NCBI RefSeq assembly: GCF_000002075.1 | Contig: NW_004798018.1 | Span: forward strand, 157,154-221,153 | Direction of reading: 5' to 3' | DNA from: Aplysia californica | Taxonomy: Eukaryota | DNA length: 64,000 nt | Shown: positions 52,001 to 62,806 of the stretch, one piece after another | How positions within the stretch are numbered: position 1 is the stretch's first letter | Layout of the letters: every line of letters starts with the position of its first letter | Notes under the pieces: generated by a model | Told to the model about the DNA's origin: nothing | Seen by the model: only the letters and a program-made list of their open reading frames with translations | Databases searched by the model: none | Program-made: the position numbers and the translations under genes

Positions 52001-54024
52001 GATCAAGACAGGAACAAAAGTTACCAGAGTGAGTCTCTCGTCTGGCAGTTTTGGAGCTTGAGGAGACAGCTGAGTTATCAACGTCTTGTTCCACTTCCTC
52101 TTCTTCTCCTCATCTGATTCAAGAGTCAGCAATTTTGAAATCAAATCAACAGCCTGGAAGAACAAAAGAAAGTATAACAATGAGCTCTGAAGTTCTTAAA
52201 CAAAACAATTCTCATCTAAATATTGATTACTACATGTAAAAATAAGAATGTTACGAAATAAAAGCTTCAGCATCTGAAGGCAAGTGGTTGATTGAAGTTT
52301 TAAGGGTCAGAATTGAGTCCAGATGGTTGTTAAGTGTTTCTCAAAATCCCCCCAAATTCATGAAAAAAGTCAGAATGTAAAAAGCAGAACAAAAAAATAA
52401 TATATAACCAAATATTCTAAAAGACAGAATAATTTCTCTACAAACTTGCCAAACGATGGAATGTAAACTAGACCAGATAGTTTTCACAGTCACCAAAAGA
52501 CAACATCTCACCGTGCCAGCACAACATTCAACAAAGGCTGTCCTCAACCTGCTCTCAACCTCCCAGCCTTGAATGAGACTCTTGATTCTCTCCCCCCCCC
52601 CATCACCTTTCATAATTAACATAAAACTCCTATCCTACTTTATAACTGTCACAAGAATGTTGAATAAGATTTAAGTGATGGAATTTTAAGCACTTCTATA
52701 AAAAAGGGTCTAGTAGTGTGCACCTTATCTTCCTGACTGGTCCTCACATACAAATCTGCCAGCTTAGACATGTAGGGTGTCTGTTTTGAAGAGTCACTGG
52801 AGACACATGAAAGGGAAACATGAATTAATAATATGTAAAATCATTTTGTACACAGTAAATATTCTTACATATATTGCAATCATTTTATAAAATGCCTAAT
52901 TCAGACACTGAGGAAATTTTGAATCCTAACGACAACAAGCTATTGATTTTATCACTTCAGGCCAAAGGGCTAGAACTCAGATTGCTGCTGGATCGGAAAA
53001 GTAAAGTAATCACTATCACGGAGGCTGTTGAAATAGTCCCACTGGCAGTTAATGTGGTAAGTTGCCAACCTGATAAGCTCTTGGAATCCTGAAGCTTACT
53101 TAGATTCATGGGATCAGGTCACTCTAATCTCATTCTTCTCAGGAAACAGTTATTCCCTGAATATAAAGCAGATTTAGCATTATCTTTCGTTAAAAGTACT
53201 GACAGGGTGTGCTAAAAATTAAATTACCTCATTGTGAACAGACACTGCTAACAATATGGCAATTATGGATGAAACAAGCTCAATTATGCTGTTTGAGGAA
53301 AGCAAATGAATTACAACTTTGCACACTTGAAAGCAAATGTTAGATTAAAAAATGTATTTGAAAGTAAAGTTCACTCTTATTTTGGGAGGATATCAAAAGA
53401 TTTCCTGTAAAAACTGTAAGTAAACAATTCGAAACCAATGTATTTTAGTCTCTCCAGAAATGATAATTCACAGCCTAGATCCGCACCTGGCATTGAGCTC
53501 AATAAGTTTAGAGTACAAATCAGCAGCTTCTTCTGCACTCAGCAAATCTTCCTTCTTGTCCAGCATACTGCTCAAACCCTGCAATATAAAGACAAAAATA
53601 AGAAGGGGAAATATCATACCTGACAACAACTTGCAGGAGCAGATTTAGGAAATTTTTGCTTGTTAAATTAAAAGTAACATAATGTCACTTTAAAAAAATA
53701 GTCAGGGTAGTGAGGGCCTAACAGTAAAGACGCAAGACGAGACTTTGAAGTTTCAGGTTCCGTTCTCTGTGGAACATGATCCAATAAAAAGATAGTACAT
53801 AATTTTTCCACTTACCAGCATCTACTGGACAGAAATTTGACACGTCGACAAACTTTATACATCGTATCCAATTTCTTATGCACAACAGCACAGATCTTTT
53901 ACAAGGTTAGTAAATTCTTTCATATATATAATTTTCATTTACAAACACACATGCCTTTTACCTTCTACTCAGTCAATATAGAAATTCATTTGTACCCACT
54001 GCAATGCTACAAATGAGTGAGAGA

Positions 54025-54081
<57 letters not shown>

Positions 54082-55363
54082 TTTTAAGGAGCGTATTGTG
54101 GAGACATGTATTTACTAATGTCTTGTCTTGTTGTGAGTATGCATGAGTGCACCTAACCTTTGTAATATCTACTGCCATTGTAAACGATCAGGACAAATTT
54201 CTCCCTGTGAGATAAATCAAGTTTGTCATTGTCATTGTCATATGACAAGAGATGACAGACAAAATTGTGGTTCAGGTGGCCAGGTTTCATCTGGTGTAAC
54301 TGACCTGCCAGGCCAGCAGCTGTTCTGGAGCCTCCTCCGTTGCCCGTTTGTACGCCTTCAGAGCCTGGTCGGGCTGGTCCATCCCCTCGGCTGCCACGCC
54401 AACAAACACCAGCGCATTGTAGTTGTTCTTGTCCACTGCTAGTATGGCCTGAACAGCACAAAAAACATGCCTACTTGCTCAATGAGAAACTTGAAATATT
54501 GATAAAAAGATAACCAACACATATTTGGTTGAGTGTAATAAGTGAGTAATTCTTCACTCCAAAACTGGAGATAAGCACTTCTTGCCCTCAAACAATAATA
54601 AAAGCTTTTAGGCTTCTAAAATAATTCTCAACAAGTGTTGTCGATAAAAACCACAATCAGAGGGTTCGAGATGAAATCGAACATCTTTCATAAACTTCTA
54701 TCCAAAGCATATATGCATTCCACCTATGACTTTAAACTTAAAATGGTTGTAAGTGTGAGAGGCTGTAGTCTTCAGATTATTGAGACTATTGCTAATGGTT
54801 AAAACTATTTTTATATCCACTGGCCAAAGTATCAAAATGCAGCATTCTCTATAAATTCATTTTAAATGAGGATAGATTATGAACTTAACAAATGGTCTGA
54901 ATTTTTTGTGCCACAATTTTTTCCCTTTTGGTTGTTTGCATGAAGCCTTGACCAGAGTTGAGGCTTCACATGGGATAAACTCAAGTCTCAATAGATCAAC
55001 AGAAAGGATTTCAAGGAAAGAGATGTGCCCTAGCTTCAAAGTGGGAAAGAATCCTGATGACTGCAGTTGTTCCCTTTTAAACTGAGAGTAGAAAATCTTA
55101 CAAACTAATTCTATAATTCTACCTGGTTATGAGAAGCTGATTAATTTGTGAAATGTAACCCTATTGAGTAAACACACTTAGAAGATTTTTCCAAACAAGA
55201 CCAATGTCTCTATTTGAATGTAAAGTATCAATTGATTCTATTTTTAGAGTTTGTACTCTTCCAAAACCATTACCTTGCACTGCTTCAAAGCTTCCTTGAA
55301 GTCTTTTGTCCTTATGGACTCACGTGCTGCTTTCAGGCAGGCCTTTATCTCCTTTGCGTCCAT
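23107..55363 (-). CDS. TTC37: Tetratricopeptide repeat protein 37 / superkiller complex protein 3 (Ski3), 44 coding exons, 1547 aa
   Basis: Exons in transcript order: 55363-55274, 54448-54305, 53578-53487, 52796-52724, 52153-52025, 51508-51410, 50789-50681, 50159-50004, 49634-49539, 49137-48992, 48166-48086, 47891-47794, 47364-47232, 46881-46802, 45352-45253, 44648-44596, 43614-43507, 43044-42960, 42487-42456, 42278-42178, 41490-41388, 40967-40875, 40535-40449, 39353-39130, 38658-38597, 38357-38301, 37408-37340, 36634-36560, 36127-35986, 35598-35505, 35018-34941, 34331-34204, 33344-33221, 31977-31803, 31205-31032, 30490-30376, 30150-30022, 29407-29298, 27221-27117, 26719-26628, 26236-26176, 25658-25537, 24420-24279, 23184-23107 (4644 nt, open frame, all GT-AG). 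Recognisable TTC37 segments: [67 protein letters not shown]. Confidence 0.95.
27303..27806. mobile_element. TTAA-flanked (piggyBac-like) MITE
   Basis: TTAA|CACTAACAGTACCG ... CGGTACTGTAAGTG|TTAA; CpG-rich interior. Confidence 0.75.
27818..28835. mobile_element. Tc1/pogo-like non-autonomous DNA element (~1 kb)
   Basis: TA|CAGTAGTCTCCACCTAAA ... TTTAGGTGGAGAATACCG|TA; CpG-rich; no transposase ORF. Confidence 0.75.
29448..29831 (-). mobile_element. Short retroelement family C (~380 bp, starts CCCCGGGGCGGTGCCACTGACTGTAGTG)
   Basis: Closely similar copies at 45392-45774 and 62160-62530; shared GGCGCTCATATGACCTTATGCAGTTGCGAG tail followed by an A-rich run. Confidence 0.85.
30580..30910. repeat. 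35-bp minisatellite (AAAACACAAGACTGAARTGGTCATTTAGAGTCTAA) in TTC37 intron 35
   Basis: About 9 tandem units, degenerate at the edges. Confidence 0.9.
31520..31765. mobile_element. MITE with ~25-bp inverted repeats
   Basis: TGCTGACAAAATGAGTTACTTTTCG (31529) / CGAGAAGTAACTCATTTTGTCAGCA (31733). Confidence 0.7.
32058..32424 (+). repeat. Inverted duplicate of 29742-30105 (3' part of TTC37 exon 37, its donor and the downstream intron)
   Basis: Reverse-complement match with only a handful of differences; runs into an N-gap. Confidence 0.9.
33880..34132. mobile_element. Degenerate pogo-like MITE with internal (TA)n; related old copies at ~9216-9385 and ~10565-11492
   Basis: Shared segments such as CCATTGTYGAGG..AAA..GTTG and GGTTGTCTT; ends TTCAACTG|TA. 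Confidence 0.45.
42729..42915. mobile_element. Small MITE
   Basis: CAGGGTGCCCATTGC ... GCAACGGGCACCCAG flanked by TA; inner inverted GTCGGATTGGGTCGA / TCGACCTGACCCGAC. Confidence 0.65.
44822..44884. repeat. (GATAA)n microsatellite
   Basis: Direct reading. Confidence 0.85.
45392..45774 (-). mobile_element. Family C copy
   Basis: Collinear with 29448-29831 and has the same CCCCGGGG 5' end. Confidence 0.85.
45790..45971 (-). mobile_element. Family B copy
   Basis: Ends in CCAACCACCCAC on the + strand; abuts a family C copy. Confidence 0.8.
46306..46633. mobile_element. Young MITE spanning an assembly gap
   Basis: Perfect inverted repeats TGTGAGGCAGCGTGGTGGAATCAGGCTCTCGTCAA / TTGACGAGAGCCTGATTCCACCACGCTGCCTCACA. 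Confidence 0.75.
48275..48582. repeat. ~120-bp tandem repeat, about 2.5 copies
   Basis: TAAAATTACCTGAMAACTTYATA recurs at ~48298, 48424 and 48534. Confidence 0.75.
54019..54079. repeat. (GA)n microsatellite
   Basis: Direct reading. Confidence 0.95.
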
Positions 55364-56356
55364 TGCTTTCCCTGAAAAGAAAATCAAAATTCGTGTCAAA
55401 ATGCCCTTTACTTGAGGACCATTATAAAGCCACGTCCACTTCAAAAAGCAACCCAGATAAGAATTACCATGTTTTTTAAGTGGGATTTTCCTCTGTATAA
55501 ATAACTCCCTTTAACAGCAACTTACTTTTCCTCTAACAGCAACCTTTGTTGCAATATATTGTTTCACAAAAAAAAGTTTTTTGACCATTCAAAAACAGTG
55601 TGAACACCAAGACTGGCCCATAATTTTAGAGTGCAAACACCCCTTCTCTTGTTGATCTCCCTGCTCGAGTGAAAAATATACCACGTCTGTTGAGTACAGA
55701 AACTTAGTTCACACCATGTTGCAAAGATCCACTCTCCTTCAACGTCTCTCATTATCATTATCGCCCAGCCATCGAGTGCTGGCTCACTATGTTCTCATTT
55801 TCAGATATAAAACGTCATCGCATCATGTGATTAAGACTCGTGTACATGTGCATATGCGTGACAGTCAAGTGACAGAGAGTGGGAAAAGATTACCCCCTTT
55901 GAAAATCCAGTTAGCAGCAACCTCCACCTTACAACTTACAGCAACCAAGGTTTGCTTACCAAGGGGGGATAGGTGGACACCACTTTACCATAGTACCTCA
56001 GTCTAAATCTTTAAACTTTTAGTTTAGTTTTAGTAGAGGATTTACAGCGTTCACAACTCTTTATACTTTAAAGAATAACAATAACAAAGTGGACAGAGAG
56101 AAACAGAGTAGGATCAGACACCACTCAAGCTGCTTTTGGGTTTGACAACAAAATAGAAAGAAATATAACACAAACCTGACAACAGATACTATCCTCTGTC
56201 CTTTCACTTTCTCTCTCTCTTGCTCTTAAAAAAAAAATCCTTGTCTTCAACTTGACCCAAGCTGAAAAGAAACCAAACCAAACCCTCGCTTACTTAATAA
56301 GGAGTCCAACTTTCAAATCTCCTCCCAACTGGGAAAAATAAACAAGTATTTTAGGC

Positions 56357-56776
56357 ACTCTTCAGGAGAAGTGGTCCCGGCCTAACTTCAGAGAAATTTA
56401 TACACAAAATCGGAAACAAAAACAGAAGTCGAGTGAAAAAGCTGGCTGAGCATTTATTAATTTTTTGGTGCTTTTTTAAAGTTCGATTTTTTGATATTAT
56501 ACTAAATTATTTTTTTCCTCATTGGGTCGCCTGGTATCATTATAGAAAAGGTCCAAATCCCGTAACAGGTGCAATTTCATGTCTTTTCCATGCTTTTGCC
56601 TCCTGATTTAGGAAATGTAACTTAAACTTTCGCAAATGTCTAAAATGGGTTTGGACCTTTTCTATAAAGTTGCCGGTGGCCTTTTCACCCTGGCAACTCA
56701 GCCAGCTTTTTTACTCGACTTCCGTTTTTGTTTCCGATTTTATGGAGTTAGGCCGGGACCACTTCTCCCGAAGAGT
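56357..56776. mobile_element. Long-TIR foldback MITE (fragments also at ~57383-57440 and ~58770-58860)
   Basis: CACTCTTCAGGAGAAGTGGTCCCGGCCTAACT...AAAAGCTGGCTGAG mirrored by CTCAGCCAGCTTTT...AGTTAGGCCGGGACCACTTCTCCCGAAGAGTG; inner pair TATAGAAAAGGTCCAAA / TTTGGACCTTTTCTATA. Confidence 0.8.
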
Positions 56777-56981
56777 GTTGTATTTTAGTAAAGATTTAGA
56801 AGCCTTTGTTTCTGCCATTTAGAAGTTGGAGGCAAGCTTTTGGGGTTATAATGAGACATACTGAAGTAGGTAAAAAAGTGAATGTAGAAGAAAACTCCTG
56901 GAAACGGTGGAAACAACTCGGGGTTTAAAGTTTTAACAACATGTAGATCTAGATCTCTTTTGATATAGATCCTGGAGGTTT

Positions 56982-57276
56982 CGGTAATTGTTTACTTTCT
57001 CGCGTTTGATTCCAGAGGAGGACTTCCGTAACGAGCGACCACTCTGAACTCTGAATAACTCAATGAATTCACCGGCCATCAAAATCAGTACAGAAGGCAA
57101 AGCCAGTTTACTATGATAGATTATCTACAATAAATGATGAAATTGCCGTCATTCACGTATTCTTAACTCCAGCGCAAAGTTTTAAATATTCAGTCGGGGA
57201 TGCATAGAGTATCGTCTAGAAGTAGATCTAATCTAGGCACGGCCAGAATTAAACGTGAGAAAGTAAACAATTGCCG
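56982..57276. mobile_element. MITE family H
   Basis: TIRs CGGTAATTGTTTTACTTTCTCGCGTTTGATTC / GAATTAAACGTGAGAAAGTAAACAATTGCCG; flanks AGGTTT / AGCTTT. Confidence 0.75.
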
Positions 57277-57580
57277 AGCTTTCAAAAGTAAAGAATTAAG
57301 TACTTCGAGAGACGATTTGTGGCAAATTGTTTCTCTTTCATTTGACAACTGAATACTAGGTTCACGGCCTAACACCATAGACATTTATACACAAAATCGG
57401 AAACAAAAACGGAAGTCGAGTAAAAAAACTGAACTGAGTTGTCTGCCAAACCTATTTGAGACTAGATCTAGATCTGTTTTCGGCACTATTCTGAATTCTA
57501 ACATTTTTTTAGTGTGCTGAGAACAATTTTGGCGCTAAAAACTGCCACAAACCATTATTTTGTGAATTTAGCAGGGGAGA

Positions 57581-58680
57581 GAGTAATTGTTTACTTTCTC
57601 GCGTTTAATTCCGGTGGAGGACTTCTGTATTGAGCCACCACTCTGAACTCTATGAGAATATTACAGTGGAGTCCACTTATAACCAGTCCTGAAACAACGA
57701 GAAGTCTGTTATAAAGACACTATTCTAAAATCCCTTTTTTTTCCCTTCTTTATCATTGTAAATAAAATACTGCTATTGCGCAACCAGACAGTCATGCGAG
57801 TCGGTTATAACGGAATACTGCTGCTGCTGTGCTCAGCACACAGACCAATTAAACATGTAAAACCTCGCCAGTTGAGAAAGTTGTTGGTGATCCAGCGAAA
57901 CAAAGAATGGGAGAGCCCACGCGAACTAACAATGAAGGCCTGAGTGAATGAGTGGGGAGTGTGTGGCATGCGCAGACAAGCAGAACGCATCGTGTGATAG
58001 GCCAGCCCAGTCTAGATTATCTAGGCATACCGTGCCTCTCACTTCTCTGGTGCGGGATGGAGAGGTCACAATGTTGTGATAGATGGAGTGAATGTGTGAC
58101 GTGCGCAAGCAGACGCAAAGCACCACAGGGTGTGGTGGGGCGGGGGACAACACAGTGGGCCAGTTAGTCTAGAGCCAGAGCCCTTTCTTTCTGATCCCCA
58201 ACGCAGAGCTGTCAACATTGCTAGTGCTAGAGAATGAAATCTGATTTGATTTTTGATCAAGTAAGACCTAGAGATCATGTTGAACAAAATCATCATCAGG
58301 GGAAATTAAATACAAAAAGGAATACAGAACATTAAACTCATAAATTAGGCCTACTTTACTATTTCCCCTGAATGTATTACTGGATCCCTTACAACGAGAA
58401 TCCTGCTATAACGGACATTTCGCACCGGTCCCCTCCCTCTCGTTATAACAGGATTCCACTGTATACTCACTTGATGGCCATCAAAATCATTACAGAAGGC
58501 CTTTAAAGCCAAATATAGTATGTTACTACCTACAAATGAGGACATTGCTGTGGTTTACATATTTTTAACTCCAGCGCAAAGTTTTGAATGTCCAGTCGGG
58601 GATGCATAGATTTTTGTCTAGATCTAGATCTAGATCTAGAGCGCGGCCGGAATTAAACGCGAGAAAGTAAACAATTGCTG
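57581..58680. mobile_element. MITE family H copy interrupted by a Tc1/pogo-like MITE
   Basis: Same TIRs and body as 56982-57276, split at 57662-58463. Confidence 0.75.
57664..58461. mobile_element. Tc1/mariner-pogo-like MITE
   Basis: TA|CAGTGGAGTCCACTTATAAC ... GTTATAACAGGATTCCACTG|TA. Confidence 0.8.
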
Positions 58681-58932
58681 GGGACCTGGGGAGAGACCCC
58701 CCTGCACCCCCCCCCCACCTTATTTTTTGGCAGGGGGAGTCCCCCCTGCACCCTTTTTTTTTAAAAGACAACGTACGGTTTTGTTTCTGATTGTGTACAT
58801 AATGAAATGTACAAATGTCTATAGTCTATGGAGTTAGGCCGGGACCACTTCTCCCAAAAAGTCCCGGGTTCCCCATCATCACATTGCAGTAGGCCTACTG
58901 TGGGTCTGTAGTCTGTGGCAGACTTCATTTTC

Positions 58933-59151
58933 AGGAAGGACTTTCGTAACGAGCGACCACCCCAACAAACACAATAAAGAAGGGACCTAGATTCTAGATC
59001 TAGATATCTAGATCTAGATCTAGAATCTAACCTAATAGACCCTAACCCTAACCCTGCCTCTACACCTAACACTAACCCTAACCTTAACCCTACCCCTCTA
59101 TTCTACTCTGTCTCATAGATCTAGTGGTCGCTCGTTACGGAAGTCATCCCC
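58933..59151. mobile_element. MITE family F copy
   Basis: TIRs AGGAAGGACTTTCGTAACGAGCGACCAC / GTGGTCGCTCGTTACGGAAGTCATCCCC; TSD ATTTTC; internal CCCTAA-like repeats. Confidence 0.8.
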
Positions 59152-59299
59152 ATTTTCTGCCTACTTATCAATCAATATCAAGTCAGAAAGAAATATTAGC
59201 TAGATCTAGATCTAGATCTATTAGCCAAGATAGATTACTTACACTTACTAACGAGCATAGAGACAGACCTAGCCTAGAGACTAGTAGAGTAGAGTCTAC

Positions 59300-59560
59300 C
59301 TTTTGATGTCTGCGAGGTCCAGCAAGTGCCAGATCCGCCACCACACTAGATCTAGATCTAGAATTTAGTCCAAGACCAAACTTGGGACTTATGATTGGCA
59401 GCAAGTAGACAGCAGAAAAGCTTCTTGATCGAATAGGCCTAGCCTTAGGCGACGTATCAGCGCAGGCAGAGGCCGAAGATCTACTTTCAGTTTCCCATCT
59501 TCCGGTCTGATGTGTGCAGATTGCAGATTCAGAGAATCCTAATCCTAACTTCCGTTTTTT
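59300..59560 (-). promoter_or_regulatory. Putative TTC37 promoter and non-coding first exon
   Basis: ETS-type motifs CCGGAAG (59499-59505) and CGGAAGT (59548-59554) on the minus strand, with local CpG enrichment. Donor AAG|GTAGAC at 59300/59299. The ATG exon has its own acceptor (TTTTCAG, exon starts at 55371), so an upstream exon is required. Confidence 0.5.
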
Positions 59561-59882
59561 GTTTGTTTGGTTGGTTGGGTTTTTAAAAAAGTTGTTTCGA
59601 TTTTTAAATTTCCATTATTATATTCTACTACTGCCCCCCCCCCCCAAAAAAAAATACCACAAAAAAAAACCAAACCCAAAAAACCAAACCAAACAAAAAA
59701 ACAACACAGAAACAGGGATTGTTTTCATTCAAGAAAATGAGGTTACAACTCAACCAACTTTCCAGAGGCACTGGTAAAGTAAAGAGCAGGGGATAATAAA
59801 AAGAGACAAAACACTATCTAGTTGATCTACATTTAAAAGTGAATAACACAGCGCAAAAAATTGACATCTTTTCTTTTCTTTT

Positions 59883-59914
<32 letters not shown>

Positions 59915-60159
59915 GTCAGTGCTTGGTCCAATTTCTTTACTTTCCCTCTGTCGTTTCTGTCTATTATGATCTTAATTGCTCTTTCCTAGCACTCAACTGA
60001 ATCGAATAATGCAGTTACAAGTAATTGCAAGAAAAACAGCAAAACCATGTTAGTTTTAGAGCGGTTCTTACCACAAAAACTTTTACACAGTTATGTTAGG
60101 TAGAACAGATCACGTTATAGCCAGTGCTCATTGTACATTTGATACACTTGATTGGAGGG

Positions 60160-61210
60160 GGGGGGGGGGGGTCTAGACGTACGGTGTTCAGCTCTCATTC
60201 AAAAAGTCCTGGCGGGGCTCGAAACCTGACGACCCCCCAAAAAATTAATAATAATAATCCCTACAATTTTCTCCTTTCACCTCCTTTCATGTTCTCTCGT
60301 CATGTTCTGTCATCTGCTTTCACTCCACTTTCTCTCCCCACCCTGTCCTCCCCCCCCTCTCCTCATGCACTCATTCTTCTTCTACTCCTGGCAGGGGGCT
60401 CTCGTGGTCTAGAGGTTATGGTGTTTGTCTCTCATTCAATAGGTCTCGGCTTCGAACACAGACAGAGACGGATAATCTTCTTCTCCCAGATTTTCTCCTT
60501 TTACCTCCTTTCCTACTATTCTGTCGTCTGCTTTCGTCTCCACTTTCTGCCCCCCCCCCCTCCCATTTGCCTTCTCATCTGGACTCCTGACTCTTTCCAC
60601 TGCTACTCCTAGGTTCCTTCCGCGCCTTCCATAGATTTACACTATTAAGCTTAAAAAGGAGATACCTCTATGGTTCCTTCTCACTGCTGTCTTTCATTTA
60701 CACACCTGAACTTATGGTTCGTAAGATCTATTATAACACCTAGCCTTCTCAGATAAAGGCAGAAAATCTCAGAGGTCCCGTGTGCAAGTTGCGCACGTTA
60801 AGATCATTTGGTAGTCCAAAACCGACGAGAGCAGGCTTCGGCCGCCACTCGGGCAAAATTCAAAATTTCCTGCCAACTGACATCCGCACGCTCATATGAC
60901 CTTTTGCAGTTGTGACCGCCGTAAAACACTTACCAACCCCCTCCAAAAACAAACAAACAACAAAAACAAAAACAAAAAATACTCCTGACACTTTCTTACT
61001 GCTGTCTTTCAGGCACACCCCTGACCTTAGGGTACCGTGAGATCTAACACCCAGCCTTCTGGGATGAGGGCGAAAAATCTCCAGTGGTTCCATATAATAT
61101 TCAAATTGCGCGCGAGATCCCTTGAATCCGAGGTTCTAAAATCCAAATGAGTGGGCTTCGGTCACCACTCGTGCAAAATTCAAAATTAGTTCCTACCAAA
61201 ACTGAAAATG
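60160..61210 (+). mobile_element. Cluster of three family A SINE copies (partial head ~60160-60390, full ~60394-60979, internal fragment ~60985-61210)
   Basis: Direct similarity to 10832-11370, e.g. GGGGGCTCTCGTGGTCTAGAGG, GTGTGCAAGTTGCGCACGTTAAGATC, GGCTTCGGCCGCCACTCGGGCAAAATTCAAAATTTCC. Confidence 0.8.
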
Positions 61211-61217
61211 CTCTAGT

Positions 61218-61402
61218 TTTTAGATTTAGTAGGCCTACGAGTTTTATGGCACTTGCAACACAATAAGGTCATATAAGTGCCGAAGATTAGAAGTGTTACA
61301 AGAGAGCAAATAACACAAAAAAAGGAGGGGAAATAAAGACACTAGATTTTTTTACAGGAATGAAGGAGCAGACCACACCAGAGTACCCGCCAACCACCCA
61401 CC
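61218..61402 (-). mobile_element. Family B copy
   Basis: Perfect 14-bp TSD GAAAATGCTCTAGT (61204-61217 / 61403-61416). Confidence 0.85.
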
Positions 61403-62159
61403 GAAAATGCTCTAGTCAGTACAAAAACAATAGAGTACCTTCGAAATCGGAATGTGGCTGTCTGAAAGCAGTGGGGCCCAAGTAAATAGGAAAAACAGTC
61501 ATATATGTAAAAATCATTTGCACTGCAGGTTGCTGAACCAACAGTCGACTTCCCCTAGCAGGGGAACACAAAGAAAAAAAGAAGACAAAGATACACTTGA
61601 TGCATTTGAGGGCAGGTCGATTAAATTAATGGTGGCTCTGATGCATTCTATATCAAATTGACCTCAGTTTTGCTTTGAGCTTATCAAATTTCACTCACAA
61701 ATAAAAGATCAGACTCCGCGATGTGTGGCAGCTTTTAAATTGGCCGTTTTCACCGGCCGTATATCTGTAACTTAGAAAAAAAAACGTTCATGTATAATTT
61801 AATATTGGAGGATTTTATCAAATTGAGTCCAAATGGTCGCTTTCCCACCTCCAAAAAGGAAAATATGGGCGCCCCCAACTGCCTTAGAGCAATGTTCACT
61901 GGTCACAAGATAACCCGGTAAAATTTAAAATAAAGCAATATTCTCCCATGTCTTCGCACATCACAGCACATTGTTTCCTAATCTTGTAATCATAACTTCA
62001 ACCCTATTGTGACTCCCATGGTAACCCTGGATGTTTCTCAAAAGGTGAAGGAGGAAAGAAATTATAATTCCTCAGAGCAATCCAATTTCAGAATCATCCT
62101 TTTCAGGATTTGAACCTACAGCACGTGCATTCAAACTAAGCAAGTTCATCTTGGGTTGT

Positions 62160-62530
62160 TTTTTTTTAATAGTAGAGGGTTTTACGGCACTCGCAACTGC
62201 ATAAGGTCATATGAGCGCCAAGGGGTGGGTGTCAACAGAGGTCTTCACAGGGAATCAGACTTAGACTGCTCACCTCTCTAGCTTCAACAGCACAAGGTCT
62301 GCTTCGACTATCAAGGCATCCCTGAAATAGCAGGTCACAAGAGAGTGACAAACATACAAAAGAAGTAGAGGAAAATGACAATAGTAAGGATTAGGGAAAA
62401 AAAAGCAGCAGTTCCCTGTTGTAGATCAGGCACAGTTATGAGCGGGACATGAGTCAGCCCATTTACAATTCTACTATGCTTGAACGAGAAATGTTCCCCC
62501 CTTTGGGAATGGCCTAAAGACACTACAGTC
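62160..62530 (-). mobile_element. Family C copy, slightly 5'-truncated
   Basis: Collinear with 29448-29813. Confidence 0.85.
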
Positions 62531-62707
62531 ACTTCATCTCATGTTTGACTCATATCCTGCAGAAATAGCAAGGCATAATAATAATTAAGACGTTTACTCC
62601 GAAATTCAACAACAATAGTCAGGAAATTGAGGCATTAATTTGTAATTTATTAATATCTTGTACAGAATATATAGTGAATTATACAGGCAGTCGGGGGTTG
62701 CATGGGA

Positions 62708-62806
62708 TCAGACACAGAACACAGGACAGTCACTTGGGAAAACACTTCCTTCTGTGTCTCCGTCACCGAGTAGGGAGAGAGCCCTGACATGAGAAAGTAG
62801 TGAGCG
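62708..62806 (-). CDS. Possible terminal coding exon of an unidentified upstream minus-strand gene (RSLLSHVRALSLLGDGDTEGSVFPSDCPVFCV*)
   Basis: Acceptor TGTCCTTCCCCCAG followed by a GC-richer 33-codon frame ending in TGA; no homology recognised. Confidence 0.25.
   Translation of the reverse strand, partial: RSLLSHVRALSLLGDGDTEGSVFPSDCPVFCV

Noticed and set aside
23107-55363. Minor-spliceosome or non-canonical introns in TTC37
   Set aside because: All 43 reconstructed introns are GT-AG and none has the U12 GTATCCTT donor
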